Below are positions 53,039 to 64,000 of a stretch of DNA of 64,000 nucleotides, piece by piece. The notes beneath the pieces were generated by a model. That model was not told the DNA's origin. It ran no database searches and was given only the letters and a program-made list of their open reading frames with translations. This stretch comes from Schizochytrium sp. TIO01. Lineage: Eukaryota; Protista; Bigyra: Labyrinthulomycetes. Made by a program: the position numbers and the translations under genes. The stretch's first letter is position 1. Each line of letters begins with the position of its first letter. Where the stretch lies: positions 2,537,648 through 2,601,647 of the forward strand of contig SMSO01000014.1 in NCBI GenBank assembly GCA_004764695.1, read 5' to 3'.

Positions 53039-55525
53039 ATGGGCGGGCGCGCGAAGAGGCCGCGGAAACGCGGCTGCCTAAACATAGGCTGTGTGGTGCG
53101 GGTAGCCATGATAGCTGGAATCGCGGGGCTCGTGGCGCTACAGATTGCACTCTTCTCGAGCTGGAGCGCTCCCGAAAACGAACTGACAAGGATTGAAAAT
53201 GATGGAGGAAATCCCAGCAGCCAAGATTCTTCTCTTGACAAGTCCCAAGACTCGGACGGGGATGCTCTTGGATCTCCTGACGGCGCTTACGACGAAGGTG
53301 AAGGCCTAATGGACTCTCAGGATACGGATGATGGCGAAGGAGCTGAGGATGATAACGATGATGCCGAAGATACCGATGATCAAGATATAGGGAGCGGCGA
53401 AGGCTCTATGAATATCTTTGCTCAAGGGTGGATGCACTGGATGAGGGCTAGCTTTCCTGAAAAGGGAATCCGCAAACGTGGAGAATATGTCACCTTCAGC
53501 GACCAGGACCTAGACCGTTGGCTTGCTAAATGCGAGTCAGAGCTTGGGGAAGCTTCTTCAAATGGAAGAAGGTTCGAGAAAGGTGGTGGTGGTGGTGATG
53601 ATGATGATGATGATGATGATGGTGATAGCGATGCTGGCTATGGGGGTAACAGCCGTAGAGACAAGTCCCAGTCGAAACAAAGATCGTCTGACAAGTATAC
53701 AGCAGAGCTGGCTTCACTGCAGAGAACTGTGCTACGAACTCTTCACGACTTTGATACAAGCCCGTTTCGCGTCTCCATAGCGATTCAAACATCAGTTTTA
53801 GAAAGCACACTGCAAGATGCTGCTGATAATGCTGTCATTCACCAGGCCTACACCAACAACAATGGAAACCAACAGGAACGTGCGCATCACCATGTCAAGG
53901 TTGTGGAAACTGTTGATGATGGAACTTGTGCACGTTGGCGTGAGGCCATTCCTGGGGGTGAAAAACTGAAATCTGCCGCATCTGTAGTCACAGCTCGTGC
54001 TTATTCTATTGCAAATACTGTTCCGGAGCAGCATGCAGCATTATGGCGTCGCGCCTTTGAGACTCATTCGAAGACCTGGGTGGAAGGCACGGATACATCG
54101 GCGGATGGAGATAACTTCCATAGAATGCTTGTACTACCTTGGACGCTCGAGTCTTCTCTTATGGAGGTCGGCGAGCAAATTTCACAGCGTAACGATCCTT
54201 ATTATCTCACCCTGACTAGAAGTGCGCCAGGACCAGGGCCGTCAAATTGGGCTCTCACAGCTCGCCGTCAAGACCTTGTGTCAAAGCTTCGTGAGTACAT
54301 GAATGGTTTTGAGTGCCCCCTAGAAACCCTTGGTATCGTTTCACCAGTATTTGAGGTTGTTGCAAGCCAAGAGGACTGCAAAAGACTATTTTCAAGTCTT
54401 GAGGATAAAGATCAAACCAACTCTGTATGGCTGATTAAAGGCTACGGAGTGAATAGCTGCCCTCCAGGGGGCGGAGGACTTTGCGTAGAGGTCCCTGCGA
54501 TGACGCAAGTAGTCACTGGACTGGCTCCACTACGCCGGCAATATGGTCATTGTCAGTCATCTGTAGCCACTCCAGTGCTTGTCGAGAGAGCAGTGCCATC
54601 ACCTCTGCTTGTACACTCCCGCAGATTTAAATGGCATACTCTAGTTCTCGTGGCATCCTCAGATCCATGGCGAACCTACTTTCACCCAGGTTATATCACG
54701 TTAGCTACTCCAAATGCTCGTACTGAGCGTGACGGACCTACGGGGACAACAATATCAAGTATGCAGTCTTTGATTCAGGAAACAACTGATTTACACAAAC
54801 AACAATATTTTCGAGAGCGAGGGGAACAAGAACCTCCCTTATGGACGTTCGCTCGCCTGTTGAGGTACTTTGAATCATATGGAATTTGCGACCGCCCCTG
54901 TAAATCGCTCACCTCTCGCGTGCGTGCAATCACTCGCCTTCTTGTTGAGGCAACTCGTCGAGGGTCTTTGCGCCCAGTTCCACGCGTGTCGTCACGATTC
55001 TCGGATTTCCAAATCATTCGAGTGGACTTTTGGGTCACCGAAAACCTGCAGCCTATTCTCCATCGTGGTTCTGCGGATGTTGGCTTTCTTCTTGACGATT
55101 GGGGATCAAGCTCCGAGGTGGTAAGGAAGGAGATGGAGAACTTGATTGCAGAGGCCATCGCATTAGCGGAAGACCCTTCTGCACCGACCAAAGAATGGGA
55201 GCTCCTTCAAGATGAGTTTGCCGATCTATGTAGAGGCGCAGAGCCGCGTATTTTCAATCCATGCAAGGAAATCGAGTCAAAACCTCTTATCACGCGAACT
55301 ACACCCAAGCCTTCATTATCTAAGTTAGCAAGTCAACAGCATGCACGGAACCAACACCTCCAGCAGCAACAGGATTCAGCAGTTGGCGATTCTGGAGGCT
55401 CCTCAGGTCTGGGTGGAGCAGCGCCACGAGTTCAAATCATCGAATGGGATGCGCCCAAATTTAGCCCTAAGCAGCCACTTTCGATGGAGAGACTCAGCCC
55501 GAGGATTCAGTTAGATTCCATGTAA
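53039..55525 (+). CDS. Type II membrane protein with degenerate tubulin-tyrosine-ligase (ATP-grasp)-like domain
   Basis: Basic N-terminus plus TM helix (VVRVAMIAGIAGLVALQIALF) and acidic stalk. TTL-like blocks VWLIKG, VLVERAVPSPLLVHSRRFKWHTLVLVASSDPWRTYFHPGY, FQIIRVDFWVTENLQPIL. ATG at 53039. Confidence 0.75.
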   Translation: MGGRAKRPRKRGCLNIGCVVRVAMIAGIAGLVALQIALFSSWSAPENELTRIENDGGNPSSQDSSLDKSQDSDGDALGSPDGAYDEGEGLMDSQDTDDGEGAEDDNDDAEDTDDQDIGSGEGSMNIFAQGWMHWMRASFPEKGIRKRGEYVTFSDQDLDRWLAKCESELGEASSNGRRFEKGGGGGDDDDDDDDGDSDAGYGGNSRRDKSQSKQRSSDKYTAELASLQRTVLRTLHDFDTSPFRVSIAIQTSVLESTLQDAADNAVIHQAYTNNNGNQQERAHHHVKVVETVDDGTCARWREAIPGGEKLKSAASVVTARAYSIANTVPEQHAALWRRAFETHSKTWVEGTDTSADGDNFHRMLVLPWTLESSLMEVGEQISQRNDPYYLTLTRSAPGPGPSNWALTARRQDLVSKLREYMNGFECPLETLGIVSPVFEVVASQEDCKRLFSSLEDKDQTNSVWLIKGYGVNSCPPGGGGLCVEVPAMTQVVTGLAPLRRQYGHCQSSVATPVLVERAVPSPLLVHSRRFKWHTLVLVASSDPWRTYFHPGYITLATPNARTERDGPTGTTISSMQSLIQETTDLHKQQYFRERGEQEPPLWTFARLLRYFESYGICDRPCKSLTSRVRAITRLLVEATRRGSLRPVPRVSSRFSDFQIIRVDFWVTENLQPILHRGSADVGFLLDDWGSSSEVVRKEMENLIAEAIALAEDPSAPTKEWELLQDEFADLCRGAEPRIFNPCKEIESKPLITRTTPKPSLSKLASQQHARNQHLQQQQDSAVGDSGGSSGLGGAAPRVQIIEWDAPKFSPKQPLSMERLSPRIQLDSM

Positions 55526-55929
55526 ACTCAGGCTCTTAAAGAACATCATGTACTGGTTCTACCGTGGTTTCTCATTATTGATCAAAATAAGAACATGTAA
55601 AGCTATTTCCTTCCCATAAACCTTGTTATTAAATTATTTCAATTTTCTTAAACATTAAACAAAACGTTGTAAAGATGTGTGTTGAGCCATTCTAGATGAA
55701 GTGACTTCCACGAAAAATTCACAGAGGGTAAACAGATCCCTTTTGATAAAACTCGGCTCAATGCCTACTCCTAACATTTACAGTAATTAGTTGCTTGATA
55801 ATACTACTTTTGCTACTAATAATAAAGGGTTATCTTTTAGTTTAGCAAAAACGCAAAACCTGAGTAACAAACATAAATCATTATTGACAGCTGCTCTCAA
55901 GGCGTGAGCACGTCTTGTGTACACAAATA

Positions 55930-56995
55930 ATGGTCGGAACCTTGAGAGCTCGGACACGCAGCGCAACAAAGAAGGCAACGGATAAGTTCAAGGTTGACCA
56001 CAGTGGTGAACAACAATCTGAGAAAGATAATGCTGTTTTGAAGACCGGAAGTCAAAAGTCCACCAACCCCACCGACCAATCGGTTAAGCAGACGAATGAC
56101 GTGCCTTCTGCTCATACTCTCAACGATGATGTACAGTACCTGTTTCGCTACCCAGGTGCCGAGCTGATCCCAGATGATGCAATTGATGAGAAAAAGTTTC
56201 TCAAGAGAATGCAGATTGACAACCCTCCACATCAGTCCTTGTTCAGGCTCTTTGTAAATACGCTTGCAGTTCACCAGCAAATCGCTCTGGTTCTAATTGA
56301 CTATTTGGTTTTTGCTCTTCACCAGAATGTGCAAGTCACTGCTCAACGCATGTTTGGGCTTGAGGTAAACTTGCTTGCAGCAGGGTACCTCCTCATATTT
56401 TTGATGGTAACTCTTCTTTCAAGCTCGCATGAAAAAGATGCGGCATGGCTGAAACAAGGCGCACTTTGCATGATGCTGCTTGCTACCTTTGCCCCACTGC
56501 TTCGCACATTAACGGAATCTTATTCATCAGATACCGTGAATGTGCTGGCAACGATGTGTGGTGTGGTGCATCTCTTCCTGTATGGACTATTTCCCTGAGA
56601 GGGGCTCCACTGGGTTTGAGAATGCTGCTTCGCTCAATGCAGGGTTTTTAATGAGTTTGTTGCTTGCATCGAGACTAGACTCTAGTGAGGCAGTGGCATC
56701 ATTTCTGCTATGCAGCATTGTGATTCTTGCGTTTGTGCCAACAGTCTTTCTTCGTGTCCAGCAAGCGAGCCCAATATTGCTTATCATTTTGGCAAATTTT
56801 GGAATATTCGTAATCGTTCAAAGTGGACTCCGGCATGTACAAAATCACGGCATTGCCGTTTTGTACTGTTTGTTGATGATTTTCATCTCGGCCGTGTGTC
56901 CAGTTTTGCGCTGGTACTTGCAACGATGGAAGCATGTGATCCGAGGCCCTTGGGACGTGGTGTCCGTGCCTCAGCTCGACATCGATGAACTATAA
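55930..56995 (+). CDS. PIGC: GPI-GlcNAc transferase subunit PIG-C/GPI2; one +1 frameshift at ~56584
   Basis: FAPLLRTLTESYSSDTV, HLFL(Y/D)Y, SLNAGFLMSLLLASRL, LQRWKHVIRGPWD. Removing one G from TATGGACTAT joins ORFs 55915-56598 and 56540-56995. Confidence 0.88.
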
Positions 56996-57356
56996 AATTC
57001 GCCACATGGTGATTTCTGAGTTGTATTATAATTGAATAATATGTTATTTGGGATTGAAATGAAAATATATTCTTATTGTAAAATTGAATATTTGCAGGTG
57101 ATTTGTAGGCCATTACATGTTGCACTCTAATAGAGGCATGAAGATTACAAATTTGACTGGGTCGGTAGCTGACAAGCTAGGCAACCCAGAAAGGTGCATT
57201 TTCGAGGCAACCACGTAATACCATTGTACTACTGAAAGGGGAAAAAAGGAATTGTACAGATGCAATCTGTATCTTGTCTCTTGTAAACGACCAAGAGCAT
57301 TGTTTCATCAGTGCTGCGTTATGGAAAGACTGCCGACCTGCTCAACAAAGACAGTT

Positions 57357-58136
57357 TTAGGCTACATCAGTTGTCATACCAGTAGCAGCATGATGCCGCA
57401 ACTCGTGGAGAAGCTGGTTTCTAAAAATCCCGCGCACAGCGTCTCGGAACTGCCGAAGTTGTTCCCGTTCACGGAGCGAGATACGGATTTCATGCTGGAA
57501 TGGATGTCTGCGAGTGCCTTGGGACCGAACACGTCCCCGGAGACGAATTTCATTCAGAAGAGTTGGGTCTACAGGGGTTTCAATAGTTTCCGGGTCAGGT
57601 CTTGCGTCAAGCTCATTAAGTAGCTCACGCGTGGACGCTTCTTCTTCGTCACCAACACGCATACCAAGGCGGTACATAAGGTCCCGAAGCGCAACATTTT
57701 CTTGATAACTACGGTAAGAAAGACAGTCCCGACGGCAGACTGGGCACGATGGGTGGTCTTTGAGCCAAGGCGCAATACAAGCAAGGCAGAAGGAATGCCC
57801 GCACTGCAGTGACACAGGCGAGCGCATTGCGCTGAAGCAAACTGTGCAGCTCAAGTCTCTTTTGAGTTGCTCAAGAGCAGTGGATGCAGCATCCATGATT
57901 TTTTTATCACCACTCTTGGTGAAGTCAGATGCAACTGCAATGAGTTTCTCACGCGCGTCACGGCAGCCGGGGCTTTCACCATCAAGGGCAAGCACGATGC
58001 CTGCAAGTACGCCTGCAACAAATGTATCCTCCTTCGAAAGGGCTTGGGGGAAATTCATGATCTCGTGCCGCTCCGCGTCTTCGGCCGTCGCCATCGCTGA
58101 TGTCGCGACTGAATCTGTGTTGGTTTGTAGCTCCAT
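57357..58136 (-). CDS. C3HC4 RING-finger protein (putative E3 ubiquitin ligase)
   Basis: CTVC..PVSLQCGHSFCLACI..W...CPVCR followed by ENVALRDL. Confidence 0.9.
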   Translation of the reverse strand: MELQTNTDSVATSAMATAEDAERHEIMNFPQALSKEDTFVAGVLAGIVLALDGESPGCRDAREKLIAVASDFTKSGDKKIMDAASTALEQLKRDLSCTVCFSAMRSPVSLQCGHSFCLACIAPWLKDHPSCPVCRRDCLSYRSYQENVALRDLMYRLGMRVGDEEEASTRELLNELDARPDPETIETPVDPTLLNEIRLRGRVRSQGTRRHPFQHEIRISLREREQLRQFRDAVRGIFRNQLLHELRHHAATGMTTDVA

Positions 58137-58738
58137 GGATATCAGTCTAGTCTATGGCAAAGAGATTTCTTCGGATTGCCGTTTCTCGCAGAAGCTCAGG
58201 TCGTGCTCTGATGTAAGTCTGCCCAATTCTCCTTAGCTCACAACTATGCGATTCTTGCGATCGCAGGCAGTGGTCAATTTCGGTATTGCAGAAGACTAGC
58301 CTGCCCAATATCCTGACTGCGTCAATAATTACAGTCTTCTTTCTGTCTTGGTTTTGTGGCGTTCCGTGTTGGCGCTCCCGTCGATCCCAAGTCTCACTCA
58401 GCAAGCACTCCACGCCAGCCCACCACTTTTAGGAAGTGACCTTTATGTTCAACTAAAGATCCCACTTCGCGCCTCGTCTCGAGCTTGCCTCGGCGTTGTC
58501 GCCGCTGCCCAACTCCGCAGCTGCCACAACCTACAGAGTTCCGGTTCTGCCTCTCAAAGGCCCGTTTCCGAGCTAATTCCAATCAATCGACGAACTTTTT
58601 TTACCGTGACAAACGACCATCAATAAAAAGGAACAAAGCAGACCTTTTAAGTAAGTCAGAGAGAACAAAATAAAACATAGGTTGCAAAGTTAAGGAGCAT
58701 ACCGAAATGTGAAATGGAGTGGAACAGAATTGCAATGG

Positions 58739-58739
58739 C

Positions 58740-58780
<41 letters not shown>

Positions 58781-58802
58781 GAGCAACAACAACAAGAGCA
58801 AC
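58739..58802. repeat. (CAA)n microsatellite
   Basis: Directly visible. Confidence 0.95.
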
Positions 58803-60006
58803 TTCATCTGCCACAGCTTACATGGCCAAACTCAGGGATCTCCGAGACGGAGTCGAGCCACGCCTCGGACGCCTGTGGGTTTGTTTTCAAGGCCTGGCAG
58901 CAGTGTGACGGTATTAGCCTCATCGCACGAAGCGTGAAAGTTCTTCTTCAACAGAACGGATGACGATGAGAGAAGAACTGGGAAATGAAAAGGAAACAAA
59001 TGAAACAAACCAAAGGGTAAGTGAAGCCAAGCCCAAGCAAGGACCAGGAACCCAGGGTTCCTGACACGGCCGCTCTCTTACACCGCTCCTCCAGCGCATT
59101 TATGACCCGGGCATATGTGTAGAAGCCCCGCATGAGAGCTGGCAACCAGAGATGATCAGCACCCGGTGATTTTATTAACTTATATGCAGAAACTCTGCAT
59201 TCTGTCAACTTCAACTTCAACTTCAACTTCAGCTTTAGCGTCACGGCGGTCTTTCTCCTTTTCCTGTTCCTTTGAATCACTTAAAAAAAATTAAAATTAA
59301 AAAATTAAAAAACTATTACTGTAAAATGAAAAGTGCCCAATACTGAGAAGTTTAGAAAGCTTTCCCAATGAAGAAGTCAAAGCCACGGAAGAAGCAAACT
59401 AGAACCATCCTTTCATAGGCTCGCCATCTCCCCTGTCCGTGTTTCTCGAGATCGATGCCTCGCCGCCGCCTCTGCCACTGTACTCGCCGCCATCAGCAGC
59501 CTTCCTCTGCGGAGGTCGTGGCGCGTCCGGTACTGCCGCAATGTCCCGGAGACCGTGAGTTGGGGCTCTCTGTGCTTCCTTCCTTTCTCTTTCTCTCAAT
59601 AACAATAACAATTTATATTCTATTTTGGTTGAAAACCCATCTATCATACACTTAGCTAAAAACAATTTGTTGCATTTTATTTTGATAATAATAAATATTA
59701 TTATTATTATATGATTATCATTATTATTATTATTGCTGTTGTCATTTATTTAATTGTTATTTGAAACAGTATGTAAGAATACATACTGTGCTCAAATCTA
59801 ATTTTTATTTTTGTTAAAGAATAGTTACAAAATGTACACTATGTATCATAAGCGCATACATGAATGAATAAAGATAAAAACGTATGGATAAATAGATAAA
59901 TAGATAGATATTGACTGATGTAATCGGCAAGCGAGCTCCTGCAGACGCGAGTCGGGGCGCGTTGGCGCGGGCCGCTCGATTGCCCGCCTGACCCAGCCCG
60001 GACCCA

Positions 60007-60007
<1 letters not shown>

Positions 60008-60043
<36 letters not shown>

Positions 60044-60237
60044 AGAAGAGGCGCGCGTTTGTTGCAGCGCGGCACTTGAAGGAAGGAGAAAACGAGCAAA
60101 GGCCCTCTCCCTCTATTAAACAGACCGCACCTTCCAAACGCGGGAGCGAATTGAAGATTGCGTTGCGTTGCGTTGCGTTGCGTTGCGTTGCATTGCATCT
60201 TTGCAATATTGCATTATTGCATTATTGCATTATTGCA
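60008..60237. repeat. Cluster of microsatellites: (CTG)n, (TTGCG)n, (ATTATTGC)n
   Basis: (CTG)n 60008-60043; (TTGCG)n 60158-60197; (ATTATTGC)n ~60207-60237. Confidence 0.92.
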
Positions 60238-62797
60238 AGGTGTTGCGTTGCGTTTCGCGCACAACAGCGAACCCTCGGAGCTCGGAATGCCGTAAACTGA
60301 GAAAGCAGAGCTCGCAGACGCTCCATTCATTCGTTCATGCATTCATTGATTCATTGATTCATTGTTTGTTGGAAAGAGCGAGAAAGAGCGAGAAAGAGCG
60401 TCGCGTGCGGCGCAGGATTTGATACGAGTTTGTATGCTGGGGCAGGTGTGCTCGTGGTTACTTTTTCCAGCTTGAGGTGGGCATTATGGAAAAGTGCTCC
60501 AGGGCGGACACACACGTGGAGACCATGAGCGGCATGTGCCGCTCCCGAAGGTATTAATTAGGCAGGCGCCTGCCTGAATGCCTGCCTGCCTGCCTGCCTG
60601 CCTGGCTATCGATCTGGCTAGAAGCAGCGCAGCGTCTGCGAGGAGGGGGTTGGAGACAGGGCTTCCGCATAGCTCCCCGCAGCGTCGCTTGGCTTGCAGA
60701 CCCAGAGAAGGACGATGTGATCGATGGATCACGTGGCCGACTGGCGAAGATTGAGAGCAAGGAAGGACAGAGAAAGAAAGTGCGACGGTTGTTGTTTTGT
60801 TCTTTTTTGTTGTTTTCTTTTGTTCTCTTTTGGTTTTCTTTGCAGATTTCTCTGAAGGCTTAGTAGTTTCTTGTCGGTTCTCGGTAAGTTTTCAGACCCC
60901 CAACCTCTCCATGAAAAGAGAAAGAGGCCCTTGAGCAGCTTGAACTGCGAGGGCATGCTCAGATTATTTGTTTTCTCGTGCTGAGGCATACGCCACTTTG
61001 GGCGTGTGGCAAATAGTGAAATGGAGTTCTTTCATTCAAGCGATCCCAACGAAACGAGAAGTGAGGAAAAGCTAATTTAATTTAACTTCATTTTTATTTT
61101 TTATTTTTTAAATAATAATAATAATAATAAAGGAGGAAAAAAGTGATCAAGCGTCTTCAGCCTTTGGACATCGCAGCAGATAAAACCGTCGAGGCACGAT
61201 ATGGTGCTGACGCAGGCCCCCTTTGCTCACTTTTGACGCCGCTGCACTTATGGCGTGCTTCGATCAATTCTTATCCCTCCGGACTGGTTTATCAACGCAA
61301 TATTGGACAGGAGTTGAGTCTTGTTGTGGTCTTAGAAAAAGGGTTGTATTTCTTTTGTGTATGATTAAAAAAACTAAAAAACTCAAGTTGAATAGAAACT
61401 TATATAATAATTATAATTTATATTTTTTTAAAGAAGAGGGAAAGCTGCTGGATCTTCCATTTATGCGGAATCTAAGAGCGCGAATGAGCATGGCCGTTAC
61501 GATGGTGTCCTTCACAAACGTGGCGGAGAAGGTGGGTTTTAGGAGCGAAGTGTTTCGCGCAGTTTTAGGCCAGGCCAGCCTGAGCGAACTGGTGGCTCTC
61601 ATCAACCCTCTCGACATGCCACGATTTCCGATGAGTCGATTGCCACCTGCTCACGGGATCCATAAGGTGGAGTGGCGCTGCTGCCGTGTTTTGAGGAGTT
61701 CGGCGCTTCGGGACATGTGTCGATGCCGATAGTGTTTTTTGAGGATCTGTAATTCTGGGCCAATGGTTTGACCTCAACGAAACGACTGGCCCGAGGCTCA
61801 GTATAAACGTGACATAGACAGCGGTGTCAATGTTATTCTCCCCGTGGCAGAAGTGATCAGCTACAGAGTAGTGAACGGAGGTCAAAAGTTGTGGCAACTT
61901 GGGGAGCTGAAGTGAGGTTTGACAAAGCGTGGCACTTTTGGTGCAAAAACGAGGAAATGTAACCGTAACGGAGAAAGGGGAGCAATCTGGCAGGTCGCTG
62001 GGGTAAAAGAGACTTGGGGAAAAAAAGAAATAAATAACAGATCAGAACATGTTCTATTCATCCTGAAAAAGTACAGAAGAAAAAATCGAACTGGGCTTAC
62101 TTTTTATCATGGCTAATAGTGAACTGCATAAAAGAGTGCACAAAGGGAGAATTACTGGGCTAATTTCAAAACTAAACCATCTTCAAGCATGAGGACTTGC
62201 GGAGAGTATGCGGATGCTATTAAGACATACAGCATGCTCTCAGAACTTTACCGAAAATGCACAATTTTTGTGAAAGCAGAAAAGAAGTAGAGGATCCAAA
62301 ACGAGCGTATGAAAAATATATTGTTTCTTTCGTTATTTTAATTTCTAATGTGCGCGAGCGGTGCTTTAATTTCTACTACCGAATCGCGAATGGATAATTT
62401 CTAGAACTATGAGTACAAACTTGCACAGATGAAAATAAATGTGCAAATGACTATCCTGAGGCCAGTGACCTTTCCATTCTACGACATTTGATATTGGACA
62501 CGTTGTTCATTAATATAGTCCAAATGATGTGGCATAGTGTTTCTACATGAAGCAAAGAAAATTGCAATGGGGAGTTCTTCTAGGGGGGCGTATGTACGCA
62601 CATAGATAACATGCTTGGTCGTGGGGTGAGAAGAAGAAATGAAACACTGCGGAAATCATCTCCATACACTGGACTATTCTCAGCGTACTATCATACTACA
62701 TTCTCTTGTTCGGAGACCACCATTTGGCCCACATTTTCTCCTATTGGGTAAAGTAAACAAGAGTAGGTATTTCTTGCATTATGCCAAGATGACGCAA

Positions 62798-63433
62798 TCA
62801 TACATCTTCTGATTTGTATGAGTCCCAGTGTCTGCGACGCATACGGTCCTGCTCATAGGCTTCTTGCTCCTGGCAAGGCGAGTCTCCCTGAGGCCGCGAA
62901 TACCTGTGCCTGTAGTGCGGTGGAATGTCAGGGTGGGCACCAGGCCATTCCCCGTGGCTCTCCTTGAACGGCCTAAATAGCTCCCTCCCGAGCTCGTGGA
63001 ACATCTCGTCGAAGCCACGCTGCATCAGCTCAAAGGGGTCCATGAAGCCTGGGGAGCGTTCAAAATCGCCAAATCGATCAAATGGGTCCACTTGTCGGTG
63101 GCCTTCAGAGCCTTGTGAGGGGGTTTGCGATGGAGCGCTTGGTCGCATCTGGTTTCCCATCGAGAATCCAAATTCCCTGAGGCCTGCATCAGAATCGTCG
63201 GAGGTAGTCTCTTCGATACGCTCCACCTCTTCAACAGGTTTGCCCGGGCACCGCCGCAAGAGTTTTCGAAGCAGTTTGCACTCCATACGACGTCCTGAAT
63301 CTGTATTCGTATCATCAACAGAGGCGCAGCGGCGGCTCATCTCCTCAAAGTAGCTACACCGAGGGTCGCGCTCGTGATGAAAACCCGATGGATCCTCACG
63401 ATGGCCGCCATCACTGCCATCGTTTTGGGACAT
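62798..63433 (-). CDS. Mal d 1-/Fra a 1-associated protein-like protein
   Basis: RCSYFEEMSRRC...MECKLLRKLLRRCPGKPVEEVERIEETT resembles the four-Cys block of the plant proteins; F/D-rich middle; C-terminus ends in ...EDV (plant proteins end ...RDV, from memory). Confidence 0.65.
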   Translation of the reverse strand: MSQNDGSDGGHREDPSGFHHERDPRCSYFEEMSRRCASVDDTNTDSGRRMECKLLRKLLRRCPGKPVEEVERIEETTSDDSDAGLREFGFSMGNQMRPSAPSQTPSQGSEGHRQVDPFDRFGDFERSPGFMDPFELMQRGFDEMFHELGRELFRPFKESHGEWPGAHPDIPPHYRHRYSRPQGDSPCQEQEAYEQDRMRRRHWDSYKSEDV

Positions 63434-63727
63434 CTTTGTCCTCTCAAATACCTAGCGCGACTACCGCAATGATAGCCAGCAAACTCAGCACAATATCCGA
63501 CGCCTTCGCAAGATGCCCAAGGCGTAGCGTTCAAGTTTTCGAAGTTTCTACTTTGCTTTAGCTTCTCTTTTAGCTCCAATGTTTTCATTTCGTATAGCAT
63601 TATCATAATGCCAGTGCAATAAAATTAGCAATATATAACATAGGTACCTACGAGTCCGATTTACATTTATTATCCTTACTTCATAATAGTGAAATAACTC
63701 TCTGTCGGAGCTTGCAAAGGGTTTAGT

Positions 63728-63780
63728 TATTTATAGCAGTGTCCACAAGAGGGTTATAGCGTCTACAAATAGGTTATAGG
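63728..63780. repeat. Degenerate ~21-23-bp tandem repeat with (G)GTTATAG core, 3 copies
   Basis: TTATAG at 63731, 63754 and 63774 with (t)c(t/c)acaa linkers. Confidence 0.55.
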
Positions 63781-64000
63781 GCTCTCTAAGTGAAGCTTCG
63801 AGAGTGTTCTCCTTGTTTCCCTTATGGTGCGGGAGGACCTGGGAAACCCCGGAGGCTTGATGTAAATGATTCCGCTCAGGCATATGTAGCACTTGCTGGC
63901 TGTGGCGAAGTATAATTAAGTTGATTGCGAAGGCGTTCGAATGACGTGCTTTACAATAACTGGTGGCCGAGGATCCGGGGCTGGTGAGATGCGTGAAGGG

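Noticed and set aside
58601-58963. Poly-Q/T/N/L ORFs
   Set aside because: Translations of the (CAA)n repeat.

Overview
Eukaryotic, intron-poor genomic DNA. It is most consistent with a stramenopile of the thraustochytrid type (Aurantiochytrium/Schizochytrium-like); this is inferred from long single-exon ORFs, gene content and microsatellite-rich AT-rich spacers. About 18 protein-coding genes are present. Housekeeping genes: eIF1AD, exocyst Sec8, gamma-COP, DHX37/Dhr1, NDUFB9, PIG-C/GPI2. Enzymes: a YigB-like HAD phosphatase, a CsgA-like SDR and a Zn-finger SDR. Other recognisable genes: a large ankyrin/Zn-finger protein, an IQ-motif protein and a RING protein. The most unusual items are: (i) an intact 843-aa piggyBac-type transposase ORF whose three catalytic Asp positions appear substituted and which shows no visible TIRs (candidate domesticated transposase); (ii) a likely secreted protein with a tachylectin-1/tectonin-like six-repeat propeller inside a Cys-rich domain; (iii) a signal-anchored TTL/ATP-grasp protein lacking catalytic motifs; (iv) a permuted NlpC/P60-like ORF running off the left edge and absent from the ORF track; (v) a Q/N-rich prion-like putative regulator; (vi) a Mal d 1/Fra a 1-associated protein-like gene. 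eIF1AD and PIG-C each carry a single +1 frameshift, most likely an assembly indel. No rRNA, tRNA or CRISPR was recognised. All family assignments are from motif recognition by eye, not database searches.
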